The notes: generated by a model not told the origin, from the letters alone. A DNA stretch of 64,000 nt from a virus (IMGVR_UViG_3300044212_000090), one strand, 5' to 3'. Positions 1 to 9,726 are shown, numbered from the stretch's first letter. Numbers and translations are program-made.

Positions 1-279
1 ATGGATCCCGCATGGGGTGCGGTGCTCCGCTCCCGGCGGCTCGCCATGGAGCTGACCCTGAGGGACGTGCAGCGGCTCTCCGGCGTCACGTACGCCTACA
101 TCTCGGAGATCGAATTGGGCCGCAATAACGCCTCCTACGGCATCCTGACGGCCCTGTGCGAAGCGTTGGGGATGGGCGTGGCGGAGTATCTTCGCTTGGT
201 CGCCTACGTGATGGAGCATCCGAACGAAAGCGGGACGCATAGCTTGGGCGTCGGCGAACGAGCCGAACGCGAAGTTTGA
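1..279 (+). CDS. XRE-family helix-turn-helix transcriptional regulator (starts at window edge, may be 5'-partial)
   Basis: 92-aa ORF with classic HTH_3 signature (LTLRDVQRLSGVTYAYISEIELGRNNASYGILTALCEALGM). Confidence 0.6.
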   Translation: MDPAWGAVLRSRRLAMELTLRDVQRLSGVTYAYISEIELGRNNASYGILTALCEALGMGVAEYLRLVAYVMEHPNESGTHSLGVGERAEREV

Positions 280-626
280 TAATCGAAGACATATTGCCTT
301 GTCGTCCAACGGCAGGATGCCTGACTCTGAATCAGGCGATCGTGGTCCGAATCCACGCGAGGCAGCGAAGCGATGGATGGTCCGCGCAGGGTGTCACCCC
401 AGTGCGGGACGTCGCTCATCGCCTGCACGCGGAAGCATGGTGACACATGGCTCTCGCGCAAGTCGGAACAAGAGGAACATAGGCTTGCAGCCTTGCCCAC
501 AACGGTGCTCCGATCGCCGGCTGAGAACAGCCGGAAGTCGTTTCGACGATCGGACAAGTCAGGACCAGGCCACCGCCGAAAGGTTAGGGATGCGGGTTCG
601 AGCACCGCGCGTCGGAACGACTTCAT

Positions 627-699
627 GCCTTTGTGGCTCAGTGGATAAAGCAGCCGCCCCCTAAGCGGCAGATCGCGGGTCCGAATCCCGCCGAAGGCA
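627..699 (+). tRNA. tRNA-Arg (anticodon CCT; C at position 33 is unusual)
   Basis: Cloverleaf read by eye: acceptor GCCTTTG/CGAAGGC, D-arm GCTCAGTGGATAAAGC, anticodon stem GCCGC/GCGGC with loop CCCCTAA, T-arm GCGGGTCCGAATCCCGC. Confidence 0.55.
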
Positions 700-783
700 C
701 GCTGCCGACTCCCCGCATGGCGGGAGTCTGTTATGGGCGTAGCCCCGGCACACGCCATGCTCGCCGACCGAGAACGGTCATAC

Positions 784-859
784 GCCCCCATAGCTCAAAC
801 GGTTGAAGAGCATCCGCCTCTTAAGCGGAGGGCTGTCGGTTCGAGTCCGACTGGAGGCA
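784..859 (+). tRNA. tRNA-Lys (anticodon CTT)
   Basis: Acceptor GCCCCCA/TGGAGGC (one mismatch), D-arm AGCTCAAACGGTTGAAGAGC, anticodon stem TCCGC/GCGGA loop CTCTTAA, T-loop GGTTCGAGTCC. Confidence 0.7.
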
Positions 860-972
860 CGCAGTATCAGTAGGCTATGAGTTGGCAGCGTAGGTAACAC
901 TACCGGGTTAGTCGTGACCCCCAACGAGCTGAACGCATATAGCGACCGGTCGGGTGCAAGGCCCGGCAATAC

Positions 973-1046
973 GCCTCTATGGCTCAATCGGATAGAGCAG
1001 CCGCCTACGAAGCGGCAGGTTGCAGGTTCAAGTCCTGCTGGAGGCA
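973..1046 (+). tRNA. tRNA-Arg (anticodon ACG)
   Basis: Acceptor GCCTCTA/TGGAGGC, D-arm GGCTCAATCGGATAGAGC, anticodon stem GCCGC/GCGGC loop CTACGAA, T-loop GGTTCAAGTCC. Confidence 0.8.
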
Positions 1047-1179
1047 CAAGTCGGATGGAATATGCATGTTCTTCGGACGTGCAAAAAACCTGAAGCCGAG
1101 CAGTCGCTCTCTTCGGAGGGCATGGATTGAAATTCTGTGACCACCAACGAGCCGAACGCAATAGCGGACAGCCGGACGC

Positions 1180-1470
1180 ATGTGTTCGAGCATGAACGAA
1201 GAGCAGACACTGGCGCACGCGGCCATCACGCGCGAGCGGTCCGAACGGCACGTCACCGGCACGGTCGAATCGAGAGGCGCCACATGGCGCTTCCACGCCA
1301 TCGCCACAGGCGAGATGCAACCCACGAACATCGACGGCGGGCATGTCTCGAAGCTCAACGTCTGGCGGCAGGGCACGGGGACCGCGTTCCATTTCGAGCA
1401 CGGCGAGTGGACGGCCCGCGAAGGCGGCAAAGGCGACCTGCTCGCCGCCGTGCTGGCGCTGTTCGACTGA
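1180..1470 (+). CDS. hypothetical protein
   Basis: 96-aa ORF with normal amino-acid composition; preferred over the overlapping R-rich 240-aa frame; start may be the internal ATG at 1192. Confidence 0.4.
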   Translation: MCSSMNEEQTLAHAAITRERSERHVTGTVESRGATWRFHAIATGEMQPTNIDGGHVSKLNVWRQGTGTAFHFEHGEWTAREGGKGDLLAAVLALFD

Positions 1471-1484
1471 AGGGAGAGACGACG

Positions 1485-1859
1485 ATGGCGAATATGGACG
1501 CCTATCTGAGGCAGGTCACCGAGACCGCCTATCCCGACCGGCTGACGGCGTTCCTGCATCTGGCGGGCGTGGAGCCGTATCTGGCGGGCATGCCGGTCGC
1601 CTACAGGGATGGCGACGCATTCCGCGTGGCCGAGGAAGATATGCTGCGCCCGCATGTCGATGGCGAGGGGACGGCGATCTGCGATTACGGCGAGGGATGG
1701 CATGAGAGCATCGGCAACGCATGGCATCCGGATGTCGCCGAATGGATGCGAGTCGACGGCGTAATGCTTTTCCTCGAAGGCCATGCGGACGAGCTGGCTA
1801 TCGCCGCCATCGAGAACGAAGAGGATGACAGCCGCATGCTGCTCGCCTACAGCCGCTGA
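1485..1859 (+). CDS. hypothetical protein
   Basis: Internal ATG (MANMDAY...) of the 1137..1859 frame preceded by AGGGAGAG RBS; the upstream part of that frame is Arg/His-rich junk. Confidence 0.5.
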   Translation: MANMDAYLRQVTETAYPDRLTAFLHLAGVEPYLAGMPVAYRDGDAFRVAEEDMLRPHVDGEGTAICDYGEGWHESIGNAWHPDVAEWMRVDGVMLFLEGHADELAIAAIENEEDDSRMLLAYSR

Positions 1860-1891
1860 GAACGTCCGCGAGCGACGCATATCAAGCCATC

Positions 1892-2845
1892 ATGAAACCT
1901 TATTATTCCGACGACTCCCTGACCCTGTACCTCGGCGATGCCGCCGAGATGCTGCGCTCATTGCCCAGCGGCTCGGCGGATTGCATCGTCACCTCGCCGC
2001 CCTACTACGGGCTGCGCGACTACGGCGGGGGGTATGGCGAGATAGGGCGCGAATCCACCCCTGCGGAATACATCGCCCGCCTTTCCGAGGTGTTCCGCGA
2101 GGCGCGGCGCGCGCTCGCGGACGACGGCACGCTGTGGCTCAACCTGGGCGACAGCTACGCGAGCCACCCCTCATGGGGGCGCGGCGGCGGATCCACGCTG
2201 GACGGACGCGGCAACGAAGCCGCAGGGATAGCGGCATCAGCCGACTCCCGCCTGTTCGACCGCGCCCCCAAGAACCTGCTGGGCATCCCGTGGCGCGTCG
2301 CGTTCGCGCTGCAGGACGACGGCTGGACGCTGCGCAGCGAGATCGTATGGCGCAAGCCCAACGCCATGCCCGAAAGCGTGTCCGACCGGCTCTCCAAGCG
2401 GCACGAGACGATATTCCTCTTGACCAAGGGGCCGCATTACTTCTTCGACCTGGATGCCATCAAGGAGCCTGTCGTCAGCTCGCCGGACAAGCTGAATTTC
2501 GCCCGCGACTCCAAGGAGGCGAAGCATCCCGCGGGGCAGGGCGCCCAGCACCGGAAGGGGCGGACCGCTTCCGCCCCGGAGACGCGCAACCCCGGCGACG
2601 TGTGGGACATCCCCACCGTGCCGTTCGCGGGCGCCCATTTCGCGGCGTTCCCGCCCGAGCTGCCATCCCGCTGCATCAGGGCGGGATGCCGCCCAGGCGG
2701 CGCGGTGCTCGACCCGTTCAACGGCTCGGGGACAACAGGGCTAGCCGCGGCACAGCTCGGACACCCCTACGTCGGCATCGACCTGAATGAGGAGTATCTG
2801 AAGCTCTCACTGGACACCCGGCTCTCCCAGCCCGCGATCCTCTAG
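1892..2845 (+). CDS. DNA methyltransferase, beta-class N6-adenine/N4-cytosine (N6_N4_Mtase family), orphan
   Basis: SPPY motif IV near N-terminus (IVTSPPYYGLRDY) and FxGxG motif I near C-terminus (DPFNGSGTTG). Confidence 0.8.
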   Translation: MKPYYSDDSLTLYLGDAAEMLRSLPSGSADCIVTSPPYYGLRDYGGGYGEIGRESTPAEYIARLSEVFREARRALADDGTLWLNLGDSYASHPSWGRGGGSTLDGRGNEAAGIAASADSRLFDRAPKNLLGIPWRVAFALQDDGWTLRSEIVWRKPNAMPESVSDRLSKRHETIFLLTKGPHYFFDLDAIKEPVVSSPDKLNFARDSKEAKHPAGQGAQHRKGRTASAPETRNPGDVWDIPTVPFAGAHFAAFPPELPSRCIRAGCRPGGAVLDPFNGSGTTGLAAAQLGHPYVGIDLNEEYLKLSLDTRLSQPAIL

Positions 2846-2946
2846 CGGACGGCGGGCGTGTCGCGCTCCATGATGCCGTTTCGTGCCCGCACCGGGCGAA
2901 GCGGGACGCATTCCTTCAGACATCAACGCCTATCAAGGAGATAGTC

Positions 2947-3432
2947 ATGGACATGGATACGCAGGAGCGCAGCACAGTCTTCGAGCAGGAGCTGCAGGAC
3001 AAACTGGACGCCGTCTATCACAGCCGCCAGTCGGCGCTGGATGCGGCGTTTGAAGTCGAAAGCTACTGCGAGGGGAGCGTGCGCGTCTTCCGCTTCTTCG
3101 AGACGGACATCTACCTGCTTTCCGCCGCCGAGTTCGTCTCCAAGCCCGAGCCGTCCATCGACTTCGACGCAAACGGGCGCTACGACGAGGAAAGTCTCGA
3201 CTTCCACGGCGACGATCCTGACGCCTACCGCTTCGTGCCGAGCATGAACGCGGTCGGCTGGGAGCGGCTTCAGCCGGTGAAGGACTTCCTCGACGGCAAA
3301 GCGGAGACGGTGGACATCGCCTCTGCCTACGTCGAGGGATGGGTGGCGGATGACGACGAAGAGGATGCGGAGGCCATCGAGGACACGGGCCTGTGGGCGC
3401 TCATGGCATGGAAGGATCGCGATGATGACTGA
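2947..3432 (+). CDS. acidic hypothetical protein (possible DNA mimic / anti-restriction-like; speculative)
   Basis: 161-aa ORF very rich in D/E, sitting in an island of anti-restriction-type genes; no recognisable catalytic motif. Confidence 0.45.
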   Translation: MDMDTQERSTVFEQELQDKLDAVYHSRQSALDAAFEVESYCEGSVRVFRFFETDIYLLSAAEFVSKPEPSIDFDANGRYDEESLDFHGDDPDAYRFVPSMNAVGWERLQPVKDFLDGKAETVDIASAYVEGWVADDDEEDAEAIEDTGLWALMAWKDRDDD

Positions 3433-3832
3433 CGACGGCATGGTGTGGGCGGCCTACCCTACCGCAGAGCTGGCGCTGGATGCCGCCGTCCGCTGCGAGA
3501 CGACGCTCTCGGGCGCGACGCACATCTACAAGGCGGACGAAGATGCTTGGATAGTCGAGGATGACGGCATCGAGCGCCCGCATGTCCATCGTCTTCCGGC
3601 GGGCGAGGGCTCCTTCGGGCACGATTTCCGCTTCTCCGATCTGATCGGCGACGAACCCGACTTCACATGGCCGACCGGAAAAACGGACAATACGTTTCTG
3701 GGCGATTGGTGCGACGTGGATCCCGCATTCGACCTGCTAGAGGGCCGCGCCGACGAGGCGACCATAGCCTCGGCGCAGACGGATGACGGGGCGTATGTCG
3801 CCCTGATGGGCTGGCGCGGTGCTCGCGCATAG
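3422..3832 (+). CDS. acidic hypothetical protein
   Basis: Start MMTDDGMVW overlaps the previous stop (ATGATGACTGA); acidic composition. Confidence 0.45.
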   Translation: MMTDDGMVWAAYPTAELALDAAVRCETTLSGATHIYKADEDAWIVEDDGIERPHVHRLPAGEGSFGHDFRFSDLIGDEPDFTWPTGKTDNTFLGDWCDVDPAFDLLEGRADEATIASAQTDDGAYVALMGWRGARA

Positions 3833-3898
3833 AAGCAGACCAAGAGGCGATGCCCCCCCCAGCCAAGCTGCGGAGGGGCATATTGAAAGGAACGCACC

Positions 3899-4858
3899 AT
3901 GAGCGACCAACCGAGAAAGCCCAACGGGCAGTATGATTTCGACCCCAGCGCAGGGGCGAATGACCTGCCGAGCCTGAACGTCCCGAAGGTGGCTGGCGGC
4001 GATTCGCACGGCCTTTCGGAGCGCCGCGAGCGCATGGCCTCGCTGATCGACGGCGAAGGCGAGCCGACCGAAGATGACCTTGCCGGGCTGTCCCCGACCG
4101 CCCGGACCATCGTCGAGTGCGAGTGGCGGGAGCATGCGTACTCCGCGAAGGCCGCAGCCAACCGCAAGTGGAACAACCGCCACACGCCCTCGAAGTACCG
4201 GCGCACAAGCGAAGAGGAGGATGACCGGCATGCCGCCGATCTGCGCTACGAGATCGACTGCTCGCATGCCGCCTCGTCCCTCGACGACGATTCGTTCGCC
4301 GCGCTCTCCGTGCACAGCTCGGAATGGCTGGCGAACGGCGAGGCCATGCCCTCGATGACCCGTGAGCGCCAGCGGATGCTGCTGGACGTGGGCAACCGCA
4401 GCGCCGCCCAGGCCGTGGCATCCCGCTCCTCTTATCCCGACATGGTGAGAAGCGCGCTCGACCGCGCCGAGAGCCGCGACGGCATGGAGGAGCGCGCCGA
4501 CGTCGCGGTGCTGGCGGCGTCCAATCCGAGCTTTCCCGTCGATGATGCGATGGCCGAGGCGCGGAATCATGCGCCCTCCGACCGCAGCGCCATCTACCGG
4601 CAGGTCGCCAATCGCGAGGACGCGCCAGAGGATGTCAAGGAAGGCTGCCGACAGTACATCCGCGACAACCGCACGCCCCGGGAGCAGGGGCTCATGGGCG
4701 CCATCACCTGGGACAACGAGGCGCGCGCCCGGCAGTCGTACATGGAGTCGCACGGCGGCTGGGATCAGGAGGACTACAACCGCTCGCAGGGGCGCAATCC
4801 GAACGCCACCCTGTCCGAGAGCAATCCGTACAGCCCGGACTTCAAGCACCGGGCCTGA
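3899..4858 (+). CDS. hypothetical protein carrying the conserved N-terminal QPRKPNGQ-DFDP-AG-DLPSL motif (family member 1)
   Basis: 319-aa ORF with AAAGGA RBS; N-terminal 28 aa shared with ORFs at 20743, 53909..55108 and 60046..60726. Confidence 0.6.
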   Translation: MSDQPRKPNGQYDFDPSAGANDLPSLNVPKVAGGDSHGLSERRERMASLIDGEGEPTEDDLAGLSPTARTIVECEWREHAYSAKAAANRKWNNRHTPSKYRRTSEEEDDRHAADLRYEIDCSHAASSLDDDSFAALSVHSSEWLANGEAMPSMTRERQRMLLDVGNRSAAQAVASRSSYPDMVRSALDRAESRDGMEERADVAVLAASNPSFPVDDAMAEARNHAPSDRSAIYRQVANREDAPEDVKEGCRQYIRDNRTPREQGLMGAITWDNEARARQSYMESHGGWDQEDYNRSQGRNPNATLSESNPYSPDFKHRA

Positions 4859-4985
4859 CGCATATCGATGTCCATGAACATGAATCCAGAGGCGGCGTTC
4901 GCCGCAGCCGAGCGCCGGGACAGGCGCCATCATCCGTTCCGCGCCATCCTCGCACGGCTCGTGCTCCTGAGGGAGGCGTGACGCC

Positions 4986-5363
4986 ATGCGGTTCGCCGAT
5001 CTGAAGCGTTCTCTGGACGGGCGGCTGGCCCGGCGCGAGCTGAATTGCTACGTAGTCTCCATCCCCGTGCTGGGCCGCGACGACATGCCGCTGGCGAAGC
5101 TGGCGTACGACTCGACCGGCCCGAGCCTGATCGACGATTCCTTAAGCGACGAGAGGGACATCGCCGTGGACTTCCTGCTGCCCGCGCTCATGGAGTGCGA
5201 TGTGAAGCCGATCTGGGGCGACGCTTATGACGGCTTCCCGGGCGTGGCGGGCGTCCGATTGGAGCCGGTGAGCATCTTCGACCTGGCCGAACACGCCAGC
5301 CCCGAGCGGCTGCCCCTGTGGCTGACCGACCTGTTCCGCATGGCGCGAGGGGAGAGCGCATGA
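4986..5363 (+). CDS. hypothetical protein
   Basis: 125-aa ORF with GGAGG RBS and normal composition. Confidence 0.45.
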   Translation: MRFADLKRSLDGRLARRELNCYVVSIPVLGRDDMPLAKLAYDSTGPSLIDDSLSDERDIAVDFLLPALMECDVKPIWGDAYDGFPGVAGVRLEPVSIFDLAEHASPERLPLWLTDLFRMARGESA

Positions 5364-5648
5364 TCGCGCTGAAACGGCTCTTGAAGGGCGAGCGCGGGGA
5401 ATAATGCGGAGGGCGAGCCGGAAAGCCCTTCGCGGCGCCTTCCGGGCGTAGCAAATGGGACGCATTGAGCGGTCATGAGGTCGCGGATGTTCGGAGCATG
5501 CTGCGGGGTTCTTCCCGCAAGCGCCCGGATGCCGACGGCCTGAAACAAGACCTGCCGCGAGCCCCAACCTGATCCGCACATCCAAACCTGAAGCGGCTTG
5601 CGGCGGAGTTCAGGACAGGACTAACGTCTAAGCGGTAGACTTGAGGGT

Positions 5649-6272
5649 ATGAACCAGCCCTCCATGACTCCCCGCAAAGCGGCCATCTACCTGCGCATAT
5701 CGCTCGACCGCGAGATGGACGGTCTGGCTATCGACCGCCAGCGCGAGCAGTGCGATGCGCTCGCCAAATACCGCCAGTGGCAGGTTGTCGAGACCTACGT
5801 CGACCAGTCGAAGAGCGCTACGGACCGCACCAAAGTCCGCCCTGCCTACGACCAGATGGTCGCTGACTACAAGGCTGGTGCCTTCGACGCCATCATCTGC
5901 TACGACCTCGACCGGCTCACTCGCCAACCCCGCCAGCTCGAAGACTGGATCGACGCATCCGAGCTGCGCGGCCTCGCCCTGGTCACCGCCAACGGCGACG
6001 CCGACCTCTCCACCGGTTGCTACACCGCAGGGGGCACTGGCGACATACCCAGCCTGTCCGACTTCGAGGACGCCTACCAAGGCCAATGGGACAGCTCCCG
6101 TGAGTACGCTGAACGGCTGGCCGACGACATCGGTCTCACCGACGGCTGGCCGGAGGAAGCCACCCGCTACTTCGACTGGGGCGCTGGACCCGAGACCTGC
6201 GCTTCGACTACACCGTCGCCGACGCCCCCGATGGTGGCGTCTTCGTGTTCCGCAACTACTGAACTCGCCTGA
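5649..6272 (+). pseudogene. serine recombinase (resolvase/invertase catalytic domain), truncated remnant
   Basis: AIYLRISLDREMDGLAIDRQREQC catalytic-Ser region and DLSTG motif present; sequence diverges right after DLSTG and lacks the E-helix/HTH or large C-terminal domain. Confidence 0.5.
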
Positions 6273-6315
6273 ATCCCTCAGAGGTCAGATGGGCCTCTGA
6301 GGGATTCGTCTTTCA
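6272..6315 (+). terminator. rho-independent terminator
   Basis: Hairpin ATCCCTCAGAGG-TCAGATGG-GCCTCTGAGGGAT followed by a T-rich tract. Confidence 0.55.
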
Positions 6316-6414
6316 GTCGAAATCGACCTACCGAGGCCCTCTTCTTGCTGGCCTCAATGCAACGCAACTGATACAATTTGAGGTAGAAGGTAACCGTAAG
6401 ATGAAGGGCTGGAC

Positions 6415-8412
6415 ATGGCGAACGAGAAGTCGACGGACCAGATCGTCCGTGACATGCTGCGCGAGATCGGCGTCATCCGCCCTTGGGAGCAGGACGGTGG
6501 TCCGCAGTGGAAGCGTGACGCCCTCAAGGGTGGCTCGAAGTCAGCGACAGGCACTGCCGAGGGTAAGCCCGAGTTCGTCTTCCTCTCCGGCGGATTCGTC
6601 GTGGTCGTCGAAGATAAGAAGGATGTGCAGCGCACTCGGCACCTCGTCGATGGCGACCCGACGACCGAGTTCCCGTACCGAGCCGACTATGCACTTAACG
6701 GTGCCATCCACTACGCCCAGACGATGCTCGCCAACGGCATCCCCTATGACAAGGGCATCTTCGCCGTCGGCGTCGGTGGTGGCGAGGTCCACCACGAGAT
6801 CGCCGTCTCCTACCTCGCCCCCGGCTTTGTCAAGCACCTCGACGACCTCGACAACCTCGACGTGTTCGCCGAGGGTCAGATCGGCGAGTACTACGCCGTC
6901 CAAGTTCTCGGTCGGCGTCCGCGCGCCGAGGTGCAGCTCGACGACGTGCGGGCTGCTGCCGCGCGCCTCCATGAGGGGATGCGCAACTACGGCTCGGTGG
7001 AGAACGACCGCAAGGCCCCCCTGGTCTCCGCGATCCTGCTGGCGCTCCAGAACCCGTACTTCGACCTCGACCGTCTCACTAGCATCTCGCCGGGCAACAA
7101 CTACCAGGTCTGGGACGGGCGCATCATCTATGACGCAGCCGAGCAGTACATGAAGTCCGAGGCGCTCATGCCGCAGGCCAAGATCGGAACCCTTCTCGAC
7201 CAGTTCTCCTTCATCAAGACCGCACCCCAGCTCAACCGTGCCCACCGCGACCTGGGCGAGTCGCCGCTGAAGTGGATGGCGCGCATCCTGGCCAACGACG
7301 TCTACCACGTCGTTACCGACCCCTCCATGACCGCCTTCGACGTGCTCGGCAACTTCTACCACGAGTTCATCTCCTACGGCGGCGGCGACGGATCGGGTCT
7401 AGGTATCGTCCTCACCCCTGAGCACGTCACCACGCTCATGGCAGAGCTGATCGACGTCAACGCGACCGACTACGTGCTCGACCCCACCGCGGGCACCGCG
7501 TCCTTCCTTATCGCCGCCATGCAGCGCATGTTCGACGACGCTGGGGACAATGCCGCACTCCGCGAGGACATCCGCAAGAACCGGCTCTACGGCATCGAGC
7601 TGCAAGACAAGCTGTTCGCCATCGGGACGACGAACATGATCCTGCGCGGAGATGGCAAGGCGAACTTCCGCCGCGACTCCATCTTCGAGGCGCCCATGGC
7701 AGAGATGCGAGGCGATGTGAAGCTACCCGACGGCAGCATCGCCCTCGGCCACGGCTTCACCAAGGTATTGCTCAACCCGCCATACTCCCAATCCAAGGAC
7801 AAGAACACCCGCAACCTCTCCGAACTGGCTTTCATCGAACGTGCCCTGTCGTTCCTCAACCCCGGCGGAAAGCTCGCCGTCATCGTTCCCCAGTCCGCCA
7901 TGGTCGGCAAGACCAAGGAGGACAAAGCGCGCAAGAAGTACATCCTCGAGCACCACACCCTCGACACCGTCATCACGATGAACCCGATGACGTTCGCGAA
8001 CTCCGGGCATACGCCGCATACCGTGATCGCCATCTTCACCGCCGGGCGTCCCCACCCCAAGGACCACAAGGTGCGCTTCGTGAACTTCGAGAAGGATGGC
8101 TGGGTAGTCGCGCCTCATCGTGGGCTTGTCGACGACGGCACTGTCGCCTCGCGCCGCAAGCATCTTCTGGAGGTCCTGCGCGGCGACGCTCAAGACGACA
8201 CCAGCTTCATCGTGCGCTCTGAGGTCGCTGCCGAAGACGAGTGGCAGCACAGCTACTTCTACTTCAACGACCAGCCGCCCACCTACGAGGACTTCATGGA
8301 CACCGTAGCTGACTACGTCGCCTGGCAGGTCGACATGCACGCTCACGGTCTCGGCGACCTGATCACACCATCCACCGCAGCGGACGAGACCACTCAGGAG
8401 GAAATAGCATGA
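6415..8412 (+). CDS. Type IIB (BcgI-like) restriction-modification enzyme, fused endonuclease-methyltransferase subunit
   Basis: 665 aa. N-terminal PD-(D/E)xK-like segment (FVFLSGGFVVVVEDKKD), gamma-class N6-adenine MTase motifs (LDPTAGTASFL motif I, NPPY motif IV). Size and S-subunit partner match the BcgI A/B architecture; no separate HsdR present. Confidence 0.5.
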   Translation: MANEKSTDQIVRDMLREIGVIRPWEQDGGPQWKRDALKGGSKSATGTAEGKPEFVFLSGGFVVVVEDKKDVQRTRHLVDGDPTTEFPYRADYALNGAIHYAQTMLANGIPYDKGIFAVGVGGGEVHHEIAVSYLAPGFVKHLDDLDNLDVFAEGQIGEYYAVQVLGRRPRAEVQLDDVRAAAARLHEGMRNYGSVENDRKAPLVSAILLALQNPYFDLDRLTSISPGNNYQVWDGRIIYDAAEQYMKSEALMPQAKIGTLLDQFSFIKTAPQLNRAHRDLGESPLKWMARILANDVYHVVTDPSMTAFDVLGNFYHEFISYGGGDGSGLGIVLTPEHVTTLMAELIDVNATDYVLDPTAGTASFLIAAMQRMFDDAGDNAALREDIRKNRLYGIELQDKLFAIGTTNMILRGDGKANFRRDSIFEAPMAEMRGDVKLPDGSIALGHGFTKVLLNPPYSQSKDKNTRNLSELAFIERALSFLNPGGKLAVIVPQSAMVGKTKEDKARKKYILEHHTLDTVITMNPMTFANSGHTPHTVIAIFTAGRPHPKDHKVRFVNFEKDGWVVAPHRGLVDDGTVASRRKHLLEVLRGDAQDDTSFIVRSEVAAEDEWQHSYFYFNDQPPTYEDFMDTVADYVAWQVDMHAHGLGDLITPSTAADETTQEEIA

Positions 8413-9470
8413 GTGTGCTCGACACTTTTGATTTCCAGCCAATGCTGATCACCGACGTGTTCAGACCACACAAAGGGAAGCGTCTTATTGCCGCTGATAG
8501 AGAGCCCGGCAACGTGCCGTTTGTAGGCGGCTCTGAGAGTTTCAATAGCATCACTGGCTTCTCTGATGTGAAGCCACTATTTCCGGGTGGTTGGCTGACA
8601 CTTACGTACAACGGTTCGGTAGGTCATGCAAAACTGCAACCGGCCCCATTCTTCGCCTCGGACGACGTGATCGCCCTAGAACCACTCAGCGACAAGGCCA
8701 ATGCTTCAGCTTTGCTGGTTCTTGCCTCGATCATTACGCGCGAGTGTGTCGCGAAGTACTCCTACGGTGCGAAACTCAATCTTGCCCGCCTTATGAAGCA
8801 AACCATCATGCTTCCTGTCATCACCACTCCAGGCGGCACGCTGACCCCAGACTGGGACGGCATGACCCGTCTCGGCGAGGAGCTTTTCTCCCAGGTTCGC
8901 GACAACACGCACAGCGTTCGACAGACTCACGCTGGCGACGACGACACACTCCAGGACCTGAGGTTCGAGCCCATGTTCATTACGGATGTGTTCGAGGGCT
9001 ACCGTCAAGCCCCAGCATGGCTCAACACCAATCAAGTCAGGGGAGGAGCGCCCCGCTACCCGCACGTGACCAACACGGCACGTGGAAACAGCGTCGCCAG
9101 CTTCATCGACCGCCAGGAACAAGCACCCAACCGAGGCAATGCAATCACCATTGGCATCGACACCCAAGTCGTTGCCTACCAGCCTGTTCCTTTCTACGGT
9201 GCGACCAAGGTCTTCGAGCTACGCAATCCCAGCCTGAATGAGGACAACGCGCTGGTTCTGATGGCAAGTCTGCGCCAGGCCATCACGAAGTTCTCATGGG
9301 GTCACAAGGCCAGCTCTGCCCGTCTTCAGGCGACCCGCATCATGGTCCCCGTCGTCACCGACGCCTCGGGCGAGGATGTCGTCGACTGGGACGGCATGAG
9401 CGCCTACGGCCACGCCCTTCGAGTCCGCACAGAACGATCCTTGACTCCCGTCCTCGGAGACCTCCCATGA
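8409..9470 (+). CDS. restriction-modification specificity (S) subunit with two target-recognition domains
   Basis: 353 aa with two internal repeats (FDFQPMLITDVF... / LRFEPMFITDVFEG...) typical of HsdS/BcgIB-type TRDs; translationally coupled to the upstream gene (ATGA overlap). Confidence 0.6.
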   Translation: MSVLDTFDFQPMLITDVFRPHKGKRLIAADREPGNVPFVGGSESFNSITGFSDVKPLFPGGWLTLTYNGSVGHAKLQPAPFFASDDVIALEPLSDKANASALLVLASIITRECVAKYSYGAKLNLARLMKQTIMLPVITTPGGTLTPDWDGMTRLGEELFSQVRDNTHSVRQTHAGDDDTLQDLRFEPMFITDVFEGYRQAPAWLNTNQVRGGAPRYPHVTNTARGNSVASFIDRQEQAPNRGNAITIGIDTQVVAYQPVPFYGATKVFELRNPSLNEDNALVLMASLRQAITKFSWGHKASSARLQATRIMVPVVTDASGEDVVDWDGMSAYGHALRVRTERSLTPVLGDLP

Positions 9471-9682
9471 GCCGCATACCCAACCCGGCCCGTGGTGTCG
9501 GCCAGGACGTCCGCGACGCCAGACGCGCCCTCGGCTGGAGCCAGATGGAGCTGGCTACCCGCGCCCAGGTCTCGCGACCAACCATCGCCCGCGTCGGGAC
9601 GGGAGCGAACATCTCCACCGGCACGCTGGACAAGGTAGCCCAGGCCCTCGTCAAACGCCTACGAGTCACCGACCACCCCTGA
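9467..9682 (+). CDS. XRE-family HTH regulator (possible controller protein of the R-M pair)
   Basis: 71-aa ORF, LGWSQMELATRAQVSRPTIARV HTH; overlaps the stop of the S subunit. Confidence 0.55.
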   Translation: MSRIPNPARGVGQDVRDARRALGWSQMELATRAQVSRPTIARVGTGANISTGTLDKVAQALVKRLRVTDHP

Positions 9683-9688
9683 CAAACA

Positions 9689-9726
9689 GAACCCCGCAGC
9701 CTAGACGGTTGCGGGGTTCTCGTTTC
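9689..9726 (+). terminator. rho-independent terminator
   Basis: AACCCCGCAGC-CTAGACGGTT-GCGGGGTT hairpin followed by CTCGTTTCC. Confidence 0.6.

Noticed and set aside
1137-1859. 240-aa ORF spanning two smaller ORFs
   Set aside because: First 115 codons are His/Arg-rich junk out of frame with the protein-like 1180..1470 ORF; only the part from the internal ATG at 1485 with its RBS is credible.
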